Below are positions 24,722-38,790 of a stretch of DNA of 64,000 nucleotides, piece by piece; position 1 is the stretch's first letter, and every line of letters starts with the position of its first letter. The DNA is from Octopus vulgaris (lineage: Eukaryota). Made by a program: the position numbers and the translations under genes. The notes beneath the pieces are model-generated. The model worked only from the letters and a program-made list of their open reading frames with translations. It did no database searches and was not told the origin of the DNA. The stretch lies in NCBI GenBank assembly GCA_951406725.2, contig OX597831.1, positions 5,332,001-5,396,000 of the forward strand, written 5' to 3'.

Positions 24722-26364
24722 GTACAAGTGTATATATGTGTATATGTGTATATATATATACATATGTATATATATGTATACACATACATGTGTGTGTATA
24801 TATGTATATATGTGTATATATACATAGATATGTATATATGTGTGTGTATGCATAGGTGTATATATATGTATATATGTGTATATGTGTATATAGATATGTG
24901 TATATACATATGTGTATATGTGAATATATATGCATATATGTGTGTGTATATATATATGTGTGTGTGTGTGTCTGTGTATACACGCATAGGGACCGTATCC
25001 AGGTATTTCTCAAGTTTATAATTCCTTCTCTTCATATTTTATTATAGTTTACACTTTCTGTCTTTTTTTCTCACGGTCTGTGCTTCTGTGTGTGTGTGTA
25101 TATGTAGATATGTGTGTGTGTGTGTGTTTGTATACGTACATATGTGTATGCATATTTGTATGTCTGTGTGCATGAATTCAAATGTATGTGTCTGTGTATA
25201 CATTTGTGTATGTGTGCGTGTATGTGAGAGAGAGTGCATATTTGTGTATACTCGAATGTGTGTTTTTGTCAGTTCTCTCCCCTCTCTTTCTCTCCTCTTC
25301 TTCCTTTCTCTCTCTCTCTCTCCCTGAGCCTCTCTATCTCTTATATATATACACACACACATATATATATGCATAAATATATATATATATATATACATAT
25401 ATATCTGTTCCTCTATATATACATATATGTGCATTATATGTATATTTTATATATATACATATACATTCATACACACGTACGTACATACATACATACATAC
25501 ATACATACATACATACATACATACATACATACATGTGTGCCGGTGGTGGTTTTCTCTCAAGAATTCCAGGAATGCAATGCATGTCTAAAATATATAAAAT
25601 TAATGCAAATAACAAGTTAGATTTTGATAAGAATCCTTCGTTTTTATGGGAGGCAGCTGGGTAAAGGGTACATACATCTTATATGTACCCTACTTCAAAT
25701 ATATTGCTTTGATTCGTAAAATTCCAAACTCGATGGTTTAAGCAACCAGAGTTGATCCTCATTTATATATTCATATATATCATACAAACATATATATATA
25801 TTTATACATATGTATATATTCATATGTGTATGTGCTTTTGGGTGTATATGTATGTATGTATATACAATAACAATGAAATAATCATTAAAATTCCTCGTGT
25901 ACAGCTACATTCGCTGAGGTATTTGTTTCTGATGTTTTTATGTTACGATGCGGAAGTTAGTAAGCCCATGATCATGTCGGAGGTGTACAATGAAATCGTT
26001 TAACGTTTCATAATAGATCGTACCCGTCCTTTTCAATAATCTATGTTGGCAGATAAGTTTACACCGTTTAACGTCAACCTCTGACTTTTGTGTATTTTTA
26101 CCTCGGCTCCGACCCAATCTATTGCAAACACCTTAGCCAGATTTTCGATTTCAAGACAACCCATCGGTTCCTCGCTACCTTCTCACCATTCTTCGGTTGT
26201 GCCTTGGATTCTAATCCTGTTGCGGTTTTGATTTCAATTTTCATCCGGCAAAGTTGTTGATTTAAAAACCAGTGCAATACTGGAGTCCTTTCTTTCGGCC
26301 AGTTCTTCTTTTTACTTTGTGTTGTTGGTTTAAAATATAAAATTTGAAAATAATTATAGGAGAA

Positions 26365-26680
26365 GCTAGCACTAAAAGTCCCAGTTCAAGCTGTTACTTC
26401 TCCGCATTGAGAGGTTACAGCTCCGGTACTATGGACCAGTGATTGGAATGCCGAAGGAAAGAATCGCAATACGGATCCTGCAAGCCGAGCCAACCAGCAC
26501 GAGACCTAGGGATAGACCAAGAATGAGATGGTGCAATACTAGCTCAGATGGTCACGCTTGGGATACCAGCCGGAAAGTCTAGTGACGTTTGATTCTCATA
26601 GGATCCTACGGAGGAAGTGCTTGAGGACTCTATTCCAGCGACCTTCCGTGGAATTGGGGGTAGACGTGGATGGATTGGTG
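26365..26680 (+). mobile_element. RTE-clade LINE 3' fragment
   Basis: Translates to LLRIERLQLRYYGPVIGMPKERIAIRILQAEPTSTRPRDRPRMRW, the RTE C-terminal RWFGHV.RM...GRPR.RW motif. Confidence 0.85.
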
Positions 26681-27078
26681 ACCAGTACTAAGACAAGAAC
26701 TACCTCTTATGAATTCTTTCGTGAACAGCATGGCTGGATACAACCCAAGAATGGGCGTCCTCTTCGCGGTCGCTCAAACTACGATCAAATCTACTTCGAA
26801 TCATAACTTAACTGAAGCAAGGCGTCGTTGGATAATGTAGTTCCAAATATATCATTTCTGAAGAAAGATGTCATTGGCACCACAGAATTAGCAGAATTAT
26901 TTTAACGTCGGGAGGAATTTTTTCTACTATATTTTCTGGTCCTCTGCGATGTATACACCCGGGCGCCTACTCCTCACCGGAGAGGGAAAAAAAGATCGGA
27001 AATCGGATTAGTTTCAAATTTCCAAGAGTTATACATCATCAGCTAAAATTATAGACAGACAGAAACATAGACAGAAAC

Positions 27079-27135
<57 letters not shown>

Positions 27136-27204
27136 CAGAAAAATTGCCTAAACTCCTCCCCTCTATTTATTAGCTCTTTATTATCTTTTCTCTATCTCTT
27201 TCTT

Positions 27205-27235
<31 letters not shown>

Positions 27236-27954
27236 CTCACACACATTCTGTTTTTTTCCTGGAAGAAGTCGGTTGTGTTCAAGTCTGTAGAGGTGTCGTC
27301 TCCCCCGAAAATGAGGTATATCAGGGTAACGACCCTAAGACTGCAACAGAGGCTGAGTGTCCAAGGCAAAGCAATATTTACTATCTATAGATATTTTTCT
27401 TTATCTTTCGCTTACTAAATATGAATGTATATCTGCTTCTTTATGATTCTGAAATGCGTGCACGCTTGTGTGTGTGTGTGTGTGTGTGTGTGTGCATGCG
27501 TGCATGTGTGTGCACTCACGATGCAAAGAGTTACGGCAAGCAGTATCATTGATATTGAATAATAACCATTTCTACTGCTGTTTCAGTAATCCTTACAACA
27601 AATTACAATTATATATGTATGCCTGTAAATACATCATTAAATAAATACAAGATTTAAATGTGAGTTACTGTAAGTCTCATGCTCAGATAGAACACAGCAT
27701 GCTATATAATCTCATCCGATAACTGTATTATCGAGCATGAAACTTGAAGTAGGTTACATTTAATCTATTGTTTATTAAATGATAGTCACCTCTCGCTAGC
27801 TTGAGTACATGTTTTGCTGGTTCAACCAATAAAGGAACAGTACTACTAGAGGTGAACTAAGACACATTCAATGAAATATAATTATGAACAGTTATATTTG
27901 ACATATAAATTAAGTAATGACAAAAGAACAAAAGTTACGTTGTGTCTTTCATTT

Positions 27955-28033
27955 ACTTACAGCTGTTTCTGCTATAGGTAAGCGTTTCTGCTATATGTAA
28001 GCCAATACGATATCTTATAGCGTCTTCTGAGTC
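27955..28033 (-). ncRNA. Decayed hammerhead-like motif
   Basis: Reverse complement: act CAGAAGA c gctata...tatagc a GAAAC agct GTA agt. U4 is substituted and there is an internal duplication. Confidence 0.4.
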
Positions 28034-28452
28034 ATTTAAAGATATGTATGCTTGTGTATGTGCGAGAGAGAGTCTTTCTGTCTATCTATCTATACATATA
28101 TATATGACAATTTACATACCGAAATTGTCATATTTACATACCGAAATTTACCGGTAAATAATTGTTGGTTGTATGAAAAACCACTGAAAAATAATTTACC
28201 ATTTTTATTGTATTATACATATATATATATATATGCACACATATATATCACTTACACACACACACACACACACATATGTATGTATGTATTTGTAAGCATA
28301 TACTTACAAATATGTATGTATTTGTGTGTATATACTTACATATCATATACGCAACATTTATGGGGATGTCCATTTTTGAAGATATATATATATACGTAAG
28401 TGTATATATGTATGCTACTATGTATGTACGCATGTATACATCTGTATATCAT

Positions 28453-28497
<45 letters not shown>

Positions 28498-29335
28498 ATA
28501 GAGAGAGATGGAAAAATAGACAGATATACATGTATACATATAAACATACATATATATACACGCACGCACATATATTCATATATACATATATATATACATA
28601 TATATATATCTTACATGTGTATATATACATAAATCTGTAAATCTATAAATTATTTGCTCGTGGGTAAGTGTATGTGTGCGAGGCAGGGCGAGTGAATGTG
28701 TGCCTGTATGTATATGTTAATCTCAAATACAGATCATAAAACCTGTCCCTGGATCATGCTCCGAAGACAATAAATGATAACACAAAGGGATTTGGGGGCC
28801 TCCCTTTCCACCGCCTCCTCCATCCCTCTATAGACCCCACAAAGCAAACACACACACACACACACGCACAAAGTAATCAGGACAGTTCCCTAACAGTGAC
28901 CCTTGTGTGGTCCCTATACACGATAACATCTGTCTTATCACACAATAGTTGATCGTAAACACATCTAAACGCATCTTTGCTCAAACATCTCACTTCGTCT
29001 GATTGTTGAGAAGAAGAAGAAAAGCGCAAGGAAAAGGTGTTTCGGGCGGCGATATTGTTGTTGTTGTTGTTGTCGTTGTTGTGAAGGTGGTAGTGATGGC
29101 GTTCGTAATGAAGGTAATGGTAGTGGTGTCGCGATGGAGGTGGTGGTGGTGGTGGTGTTGTAGTTGGGACAGTAACGGTGGTCTCCGTCGTGGTCGTCGC
29201 CATTGCCCTCGTCATAGCGCTACTGCGGTTTACTGATGTCTTTATGTTGGCAATCTTTCTGGTAAGAATGCTTATTGTACATATGTGTGTGTCCGTGTTT
29301 GTATGTATGTGTGTGTTTGTGTGTATACATACACG

Positions 29336-29370
<35 letters not shown>

Positions 29371-29760
29371 GTATATATGTATATGTATATATATATATGT
29401 ATATGTATATATATATATATGTATATGTATATATATATATGTATATGTATATATATATATATGTATATGTATATGTATATATGTATATGTATATGTATAT
29501 ATATATATGTATATGTATATATATATATATGTATATATATATGTATATATATATATATGTGTGTGTGTACGTGAGTGTGTGTGCGCCTGCATACAACAAA
29601 GACACACCTATACATAAATACGTAGAAAGAAGGATAGCGAGAGGGAAGGATGGTGAGATAGAGGATGAATGTTGACAGAGGGGAAATGGATAGACAGGTA
29701 GGTAGGTAGATAAATAGATAAACAGGTAGGTAGGTAGGTAGATAAATAGATAGATAGATG

Positions 29761-29849
<89 letters not shown>

Positions 29850-30424
29850 TGATATAAATACAGTCACACATACACGCACACAAACTCACATACATATATT
29901 TATACATACATACGAACAGCTTAGATTGAAGGATACAAGAATAGATGAATAGATATATTGATAGACGATTAATCGAATGATTGATTATATGAGAAGTTTT
30001 TCTTTCAATCAAGTATCGAAACACGATTGTGTTCTATGTTTATCTTTTTGTTAAGGGTTTGCATGTATTGTATTTGATTGAGATCGCTGTTTGGAAAATG
30101 AACTTGCAAAATTCATCAGCGTTAAAATGATGGAAGCGTTAAAAGGGATAACTTTACAAGCGTTCCAATACTGGTTCGATTAGTGGAAAACGCACCTGGA
30201 CCGATGCTTTGCTTCAAATGGAAAATACTTCGAAGACGATAAAAATGAAAACATGTAAAACTAAGTGAATAAAATAACACTGCAAAGAAACCGGAATTTT
30301 GCAGTATCATTTTATTCACTTGGTTTTACGTGTTTTCACTTTTATCGTCTTCATATCCTTGTTGCTTATTTTGATTTATATATATATATATATATTGCTA
30401 TTTAAAGAGAGATAACTATATAGC

Positions 30425-30485
<61 letters not shown>

Positions 30486-30779
30486 ATAGATCGTAAATGT
30501 TTTTTAAATCGCTAGCCTCATCGTACGCATTTTTTTTACTTCCCTTGTTTCTCTCCGTGTTTCTTAAAATGGAAAAAATGATGGTAATCTTTCTTTTGAA
30601 GAGCGTAGACTCATCGTAGACGTAATACACAGAAGGGCTTGATTTATTTATATTCCGACGCCATACTAATACAATTGTTTGTTTGTACTCCACCTGCCTT
30701 CGTCTTTTGTTTATGTTCATAAAGACTCCCACAACTTCACTTTTATATATAAAGATATATATACATACACACGCACACT

Positions 30780-31010
30780 ATGGGTAAAGATTATCGTACA
30801 GTGAACTTTCTTGACGCTACCTTCTGTCTTGATACTGGATTATTTGAACCATTTCATAAGCTAAATGATCATATTAAGCACATTAACGTAGCCTCCAACT
30901 ATCCACTGGCGATAATACGGAGATTAGTTAATATTTCTACAAGAATTTCTAGATTATCCGGTAATAATAACATTTTCGAATCTCATACAGTTTATATAGA
31001 CACAAACTGA
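30780..31010 (+). mobile_element. Penelope-like element reverse transcriptase C-terminal fragment
   Basis: VNFLDATFCLDTGLFEPFHKLNDHIKHINVASNYP...ISTRISRLS matches the PLE FLD..T.....Y.KP.....Y....SNHP thumb region. Confidence 0.8.
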
Positions 31011-31289
31011 CAGATAAACACAGAAAACTTTCTTTATTGGCCACACAGGGCTGAACACAGCGGGGACAAATACAAATGTAGAGCTTTACTTTTCGAAAAT
31101 GAAAATGAAAAAAAAAAAATGAAATAAGAAAAATAAGAAATAAAAAAAAGAGTAAAATTCCTATCAGAAGGGATCGGGAAAAAAACGATAAAAGGAGATC
31201 GTGTATCACAGAAGAGTTTTAAAAATGTAAAAAGCAAGATTAGGTTTATCCGTAGAAAGAAAAGCCAACGAAAAAGACCACAGTAACCT

Positions 31290-32598
31290 CAGGCAGGGAG
31301 GGAATTAACACATGAGAGCAAAGTGCTCTCACCCTCTCCTTCTTCGATTTACAGGATCATGCTCAAAGTGGTTTCGTCACTCGCACGCACCATCTTTGCT
31401 ACATTCACCCACCTTTTTTTGAAACTTTTACAAGACAAAACCTGCCTCTCCATTCTCACCTTCCTTTTCAAGTAGTACTTGAAAAAGTTGATGAGCGATT
31501 GGCCAGAGAGGTAAGTGTTTGTCTCTAATGCTTTCGTTCGAGTCCACCACACACAGTCTTTCACCATGGCCACCAGTACGATGAGGAAGTACGGTTGAGG
31601 GAAGGTGGCAGAGCAATTTCCACTATAGACTCGGCCGACAGTTGACAGTAGCCGTTCGGCATAAGCCCACAGGTCCGAAATAGTTGGGCACTGCACGAGT
31701 GCGTGCAGATCAGTTTCGTCGCTCTGACCGCATCTCGAGTAAGTCGGTCCGGTGTGTCTCGAACCATGCCTGTAGAGCTTATCCAGAACAGATAATGCTT
31801 CTCGATAGCACTGCCAGGACAGGGATCTTTGGTGATTGTCCATAGGTCCCGGCCCGAAAGTTGTGCTAAACAGGCGGGTCAGGTGTCTCTTGTCGACGCC
31901 CAGATTCTGCCCAAGAACGTCGTCACACCTCCCCTCCACTAATCCTCTACAGAATGCCTTTGTTGTAAGGAACTCGCATAAGTTTGGTCCCAGACGGCAG
32001 AGTTGCTAGAGAGCAACGCGACACTCGTGGTGCCATTCGCCTCGGTCACTGTTTGATCCACGACTGCAGTTCGGCCAAGGAAACAAACGGCTTCCACACC
32101 TGTTCACCGTCGTCTATGAAGCGCCGGAGATGTCGCAGATTCAGCGCATGTCTGCGCATCATCAACCACGGCATGCCTAGCCCTCCATTTTGAGGGTGTT
32201 GACAGCAAATGGATCGCCTAACCATCGGAACGTTTCCTTTCCACAAGATTCAGAAGAGCATACGTTCCAGTTTGGTGATGGTAGGGTCGGGACAAGGCAC
32301 GACGGTCAGACGATAATCGATGACGGATGCGATGTAGGCGTTCGCCACCTCCGCCCGACATTTTAGGGATAGCTTCCTCTCGGTCCATTACTGGGTGAAG
32401 GTGGCCACATTGGTTGTTATTTCGCCCCAGTTCTTCTCCATTTGAAGGCCAGAACCGAACCAGACTCAGAATTTGAACTCAGAACGTAAAGACAGTTTAA
32501 CCGGTCTGTTGGTCCAGCGTCCCTCGATGGAGACGCTGTTGGACGGCATGGGCCTGCTTCTCCAGGTGCCGAGCCGCAAGCCAACTGACTTTTCCCAG
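31290..32598 (-). mobile_element. Tx1/L1-clade LINE ORF2 3' fragment (degenerate)
   Basis: LWKGNVPMVRRSICCQHPQNGGLGMP and YSRCGQSDETDLHALVQC (zinc knuckle). GC-rich block ending at a (GATA)n tract. Confidence 0.85.
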
Positions 32599-32670
32599 AC
32601 AGATAGATAGTTAGATACAGAGAGCTAGACAGACTGACAGATAGATAGATAGACAGACAGATAGATAGAC

Positions 32671-32737
<67 letters not shown>

Positions 32738-32758
32738 TAGACAGACAGACAGACAGAC

Positions 32759-32801
<43 letters not shown>

Positions 32802-32826
32802 GATACAGAGAGCTAGACAGACTGAC

Positions 32827-32866
<40 letters not shown>

Positions 32867-32918
32867 TTAGATACAGAGAGCTAGACAGACTGACAGATAG
32901 ATAGATAGACAGACAGAC

Positions 32919-32955
<37 letters not shown>

Positions 32956-32996
32956 CAGAGAGCTAGACAGACTGACAGATAGATAGACAGACAGAC

Positions 32997-33079
<83 letters not shown>

Positions 33080-33100
33080 CAGGCAGACGAACAGACAGAC
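32597..33100. repeat. (GATA/GACA)n with repeated gatacagagagctagacagactgaca spacer
   Basis: Direct reading; four spacer copies. Confidence 0.9.
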
Positions 33101-33412
33101 GGACTATCGGACATAAAGTTAGGTGGAGCTACTGACACAAACAAACGTCACTATCAGCCATGCATACAGCCATTCAGACACACAGAACGATAGAATAGCA
33201 GGTGACATATTATTCACAACTCTGTATTGTAAATTTAGCGAAAGCTGTTGGACGTTGCTAGATAATATAAGTGGCAATCTATTTAGATAGTCGCTAGTTT
33301 ATTCTCCGTGCACAAATATATACAGCAACACTTGAACATATAAATAATAATAAACATTTCAGACATTCCAAAGTCTGAGAGAAGTGAAACTTTGTATACA
33401 TACATACATACA

Positions 33413-33488
<76 letters not shown>

Positions 33489-33907
33489 CATACATACATA
33501 CATACATACATACATACATACATACATACATACGTACGTACGGTTGTGTGGTAAGAAGCTTGTTTCTCAACCACATAGATCCGAGTACAGTCCCACTGCG
33601 TAGCATCTTAAGCAAGTGTCTTCTACTATAGTCTTGGGCTGACTAATTCCTTGTGAGCTTGTGAGTGCATTTGGTGAACAGAAACTGAAAGAAGCCTTTG
33701 ATGTATATATATATATATATATATATGTATGTAATATGTATGTATGTATATAGTATATGTATGTATATATATAGTATATGTATCTATGTATATAGTATAT
33801 GTATATATGTATATAGTATATGTATATATATGTATGTATATAGTATATGTATATACATTGTATATGTATATATGTGTGTATATTATATATAATTATATGT
33901 ATGTATG

Positions 33908-33952
<45 letters not shown>

Positions 33953-33954
<2 letters not shown>

Positions 33955-34084
33955 TTTATTTAAAGCAGCAGAAAATTCAACAAAACCTGTTACTCTGAGT
34001 TTCCCGTTGCCGTTCATATTACTCTACCACTGGTATTTGAGTACTCTTTTTTTCCACCTTGTTTCACATTTATGTGTTTACTCC

Positions 34085-34167
<83 letters not shown>

Positions 34168-34460
34168 GTACAGGACGTCACCAACGGTGCAAATAAGATG
34201 AAATACGTAAACGAGAAAAAAATGGAAAACAGAATAAGTAAACACAAAGGAATGACCCTTCATCAGTTGTCGGGTGTCTATCTACTCCTCATTTCGATCA
34301 TTCAACGACAATATGAGTCTTCAAAGAAATTATATTAATGTATCCAACTGGTTAAAATTCTATTTATTTCTTTGTACAGCTGATGATGGCACTGCATTTA
34401 AATTAATGTAATGATTGCATTGTTCAATTAAGTGGAGCCGCTTGAAACGGTCGTACTGCA
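33953..34460. mobile_element. Short PLE-type relics with hammerhead-like pieces
   Basis: Minus strand 33987-34017: ATGA a cg gcaa cg g GAAACTC a GAGT A. Plus strand 34380-34456: CTGATGA tggc...gcc GAAAC g GTC gtac. Confidence 0.4.
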
Positions 34461-34488
34461 TCACTACTTGATTTCCCGTTGCTTATTT

Positions 34489-34551
<63 letters not shown>

Positions 34552-34595
34552 TTGGAAATAAATAACAACAGGTAAAAAAACCTATGCATATAAGA

Positions 34596-35129
34596 CACAG
34601 AGGTTTTCTAATTCTTCATCAGTTATCAACCAGAATGGTAACACTCAGTTTCGCACCTTTAATGAAAAGACTGAGAGGCTTCCAGTGTTGGCGGTTCCTG
34701 CCGCTCTCTCGCTCTCTGTCTCCCTTTCTCCTCTGACTTCTGCTGACACGTGACCCGTGGCCAGTTTTTCTTCATTCTTTCTTTCTCACTGGCCACCAAG
34801 CGGTTTGGTCACGAAATCACTTTCTCTGTCTTGCTATTTGCTCTTGTCTACATCTTTCAGGATTTCTTCTAAGCGTTCCCAACCACACCCGTCTTTTGGC
34901 CGCAAGGCCGTATTTTGCTCGTTTTGTTTTTGTCCATCGGCTTAAATTACATTTTTTAAACTTTCCTATGTCCACTCTGTGTCGTTTTGTTTGCTTGAGA
35001 CCCAATTCCGTGCGTGTCCCGCAGGCACCGCCAAGATGGGAAGCTCCCACAGCCTTATCGTTAAAGGTGTGAAACTATGCATTACCATTCTGGTTGATAA
35101 CTGATGAACAATTAGGGACCCTCAGTGTC
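34596..35129. repeat. Imperfect ~90-bp inverted repeats (34596-34684 / 35038-35129) around a GC-richer core
   Basis: ttcatcagttatcaaccagaatggtaa versus ttaccattctggttgataactgatgaa, plus extended flanking homology. Confidence 0.8.
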
Positions 35130-35271
35130 GTCGGCGGCGGCGTGATGGCATGTTGTATGTCTCTTGTTGCTTTGAGTAACCACTGGCCATCTCAGAACTA
35201 TGATTAAAAGCAATATGATCGTGACCATCCCATCTCGAAATGGACAAGTTAATCAGTGTCTTATTTTACAC

Positions 35272-35394
35272 CAGGCATGAGCAGCTTTTTTCGAGAAGCG
35301 GGCCGCATGAGACATTGGTCCTCATCAGGCGGGCCGCACTACGTAAAACATTTTTCGTTAGACGTGCCTGTAGGCCGCTGTTTGCCCATAACTG
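35272..35394. mobile_element. hAT-like MITE relic
   Basis: Ends caggcatgagca / tgcccataactg with subterminal gcgggccgc motifs; no 8-bp TSD recognisable. Confidence 0.5.
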
Positions 35395-36425
35395 TTTCAT
35401 AGTCTCTGTTAAAATGGTAAGGTGTAATTTGAGGAATTTTGGCTGCTATTTCTTGCAGGTCAAAAGACCACATAATGTTTCCCTCGAAGGATAGTAGTGG
35501 TGGTGGTGATGGCGGTGATGGTGAAGGTAAAGTTTTATCTTCTCTCTCCTCCCACCTCCTCCACCATCGCCTCCTCCTTTACCTACTAATGAAAAGATGA
35601 AATAAAGACGTCAACACAGAAAGTGTGGAAAAAAGATAGATATGAGAAGAGAGGAGAGAGAAAAGAAAAGATAGAGGGACAGAGAAGAAGGTAGGGGGTG
35701 AGAGACATGACGAGAGATGGGGAGAGGGACCGGGGGTGGGAGAAACGGGGATGATATGATTGAATGAACAAACTCTTAAGCTGGGAACGATAGGAACAGC
35801 AGGGATGTTGGCCCATAGAGAGCAGAATGGGGGAGAGTAAGGAGAAACAGAGAGACGGAAGAAATAGCTGCGTGTGTGACTGACATGCTATAATACATAT
35901 AAACGTGTGTGTGTGTGTGTATATATATATATACACACATACAAATACCTCTATGTATGTTTGTGTGAGTGTATATAAGCAATGTGTAGACATGGGGTAT
36001 TATTATACTCATTAAAACTGTTGACTGGTGAAAGTCAATCACACAATAAAGGCACAAAATTAAACGTTGAACAAACAGAAGCTTGTTTAACCGTAGGAAT
36101 TGTCTGTCTGGCTGTCTTACTTTTTCCATTTGTCTGTCTGTCTGTCTGTCTATCTCTCTCTATCTCCCCCTCTCTCCCCCCTCTCTCTCTCTCTCTCTCG
36201 TGCTTGAAAACATTAAGAACTGAAAGCGCTTGCACGTCTATAAAAGCAAAAGCCACACATATTTTGTGAAATCTTTTCCCTTAGGTTTGTGCCTTTCGAC
36301 CTTCTAAAAAAAGGTTCTTTACTCAATCTTAACTCATCGAGAAAAAAGTCTTCTCTCCAAATATTATAACTATATCAAAGAATTTCCAAAACACTCCATA
36401 TATATATATATGTATATGTATATGT

Positions 36426-36655
36426 AAGGCGGCGAGGTGGCAGAAACGCTAGCACGCTGGGCGAAATGCGTAGCCGTATTTCGTCTGCCGCTACGTTTTG
36501 AGTTCAAATTCCGCCGAGGTCGACTTTGCCTTTCATCCTTTCGGGGTCGATAAATCAAGTACCAGTTACACACTGGGGTCGATTTAATCGACTTAATTCG
36601 TTTGTCTCTCCTTGTTTGTCCCCTCTGTGTGTAGCCCCTTGTGGGTAAAAAAGAA
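36426..36655 (+). mobile_element. Family C SINE
   Basis: aaggcggcgaggtggcagaaacgctagc...gagttcaaattccgccgaggtcgac. Confidence 0.85.
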
Positions 36656-36684
36656 ACATATATATATGTACTTGTACACATACA

Positions 36685-36888
36685 CCGTGACCGCGTGTGT
36701 ACCGTTGGCGATTTTTTTTCCCTCTGTCTTCCCTTCTCTGAATCTTTCCTTCTATGTTTCCGACGAAGAGCTCCGCTCGAAACGTTAAATCCTCCTTCTT
36801 TCCTTCTTTCCTGAGCGTTCAATAATACCATATTTGTTCCACGTCCTCGCGTTGTTGTGTTTTTTTGTGCTTTCTTGTTTGGATTAAC
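36685..36888 (+). mobile_element. ~200-bp hammerhead-like element, copy 2 (motif 36756-36790)
   Basis: gttt CCGACGA a gagc tcc gctc GAAAC GTT aaat; homologous to 10785-10990. Confidence 0.65.
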
Positions 36889-36945
36889 TATATATATACG
36901 TGTACATACACAGGATAGAAAGAAGGAAAACATAACTTTCACAAA

Positions 36946-37343
36946 TCTTTATATATAAAAGTGAAGTTGTGTGTCTGTCTCCTACGATTTAGATTCCTAA
37001 CTACTCCCACATTTTGCGGTGCAGTGTAACCAAAACCGGGTATCTTATAGTCGTGATTCATATCGAGCCCTTCTGGGTATTAGCGCGCGTCTACGATGAG
37101 TCTACGATTTAAAAAAAAAATTTACCATCATTTTTTTCCATTTTAATGCATTTTTTCGCTATTATATAAGGGAAGTAACTCTCTAAAAATGTCTACGATG
37201 AGTCAACGATTTAAAAAAAAATTTACCATTTCTTTTCCATTTTTAATGCATTTTTTTTTGATATTTTTGGGGTATAACTCTCTAAAAATGCTTATATAAT
37301 TATTTCCCTTACAAACCCAAGCAACGCCGGGCGATACTGCTAG
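36946..37343 (+). mobile_element. Non-autonomous Helitron
   Basis: A|TC 5' end, GC-rich subterminal hairpin cccaagcaacgccggg (37316-37331), CTAG|T 3' end, no TSD, internal ~100-bp tandem duplication. Confidence 0.8.
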
Positions 37344-37609
37344 TAGTTCATAATTTAATTTCGCTCAAAAGCTGCCTCCTTAGCAATGAACACCGTACGA
37401 CCTATTATTAATAAAGCTCATAGTTAAGTAGATGTATTTTTGGATGTTCATACATCAATTCCTTGTTTCTCTCCCTCTCCACATAGACAAACAGACAGAC
37501 AGACAGACATATCCTGAAACCCAAACAACTCACGAGCATTTTACAATAGTTGAATCATTGTTGTTTGGCTATTCCTTGTTTCCAATCAGTGTTTAGACTC
37601 AATATTATT

Positions 37610-38790
37610 TTCTACGCTAGGCACAAGGCCCGAAATGATTTGTAGATGGGGCCAGTCGATTACATCGATCACAGTACGCAACTGGTACTTAATTTATCGA
37701 CACCGAAAAGATTAAGACAAAGTTGACCTCGGCGGAATTTGAACTCAGAACGTAAAGACAGACGAAATACCGCTAAGCATTTCGCCCGGCGTGCAAACGA
37801 TTCTTATTTCTTTATTGCTCACAAGGGGCTAAACATAGAGGGGACAAACGGATTAAGTCGATTATATCGACCCAGTGCGTAACTGGTACTTATTTAATCG
37901 ACCCCGAAAGGATGAAAGGCAAAGTCGACCTCGGCGGAATTTGAACTCGGAACGTAATGACAAAATACTATTTCTTTACTACCCACGAGGCGCTAAACAC
38001 AGAGAGGACAAACAATGATAGACAAACGGATTAAGTTGATTATATCGACCCCAGTGCGTAACTGGTACTTATTTAATCGACCCCGAAAGGATGAAAGACA
38101 AAGTTGACCTCGGCGGAATTTGAACTCAGAATGTAGCGGCATACGAAATACCTATTTCTTTACTACCCACAAGGCGCTAAACACAGAGGGGACAAACAAG
38201 GACAGATAAACGGATTAAGTCGATTATATCGACCCAATGCGTAACTGGTACTTATTTAATCGACCCCGAAGGGATGAAAGGCAAAGTCGACCTCGGTGGA
38301 ATTTGAACTCGGAACGTAAAGACAGACAAAATACCTATTTCTTTACTACCCACAAGGCGCTAAACACAGAGAGGACAAACAAGGACAGACAAACGGATTA
38401 AGTTGATTATATCGACCGCAGTGCGTGACTGGTACTTATTTAATCGACTCCGAAAGGATGAAAGACAAAGTCGACCTCGGCGGAATTTGAACTCAGAACG
38501 TAGCGGCAGACGAAATACCGCTAAGCATTTCGGCCGGCGCGCTAACGATTCTTATTTCTTTATTGCTCACAAGGGGCTAAACATAGAGGGGACAAACAAG
38601 GACAGATAAACGGATTAAGTCGATTATATCGACCCCCAGTGCGTAACTGGTACTTATTTAATCGACCCCGAAAGGATGAAAGGCAAAGTCGACCTCGGCG
38701 GAATTTGAACCCAGAACGTAAAGACAGACGAAATACCGCTAAGCATTTCGGCCGGCGCGCTAACGTTTCTGCCAAGTCGTCGCCTTTGAT
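37610..38790 (-). repeat. Head-to-tail concatemer of six family C SINE units (~180-220 bp)
   Basis: Core cgaccccgaaaggatgaaaggcaaagtcgacctcggcggaatttgaactc at ~37700, 37900, 38080, 38262, 38445 and 38663. Confidence 0.9.

Noticed and set aside
25990-26320. Possible LINE ORF1 relic on the minus strand (NRIRIQG...AID)
   Set aside because: Only weak resemblance, with several stop codons.
37610-38790. CRISPR-like regular repeat array
   Set aside because: Units are ~180-220-bp SINE copies with homologous rather than unique spacers, and the context is eukaryotic with no cas genes.
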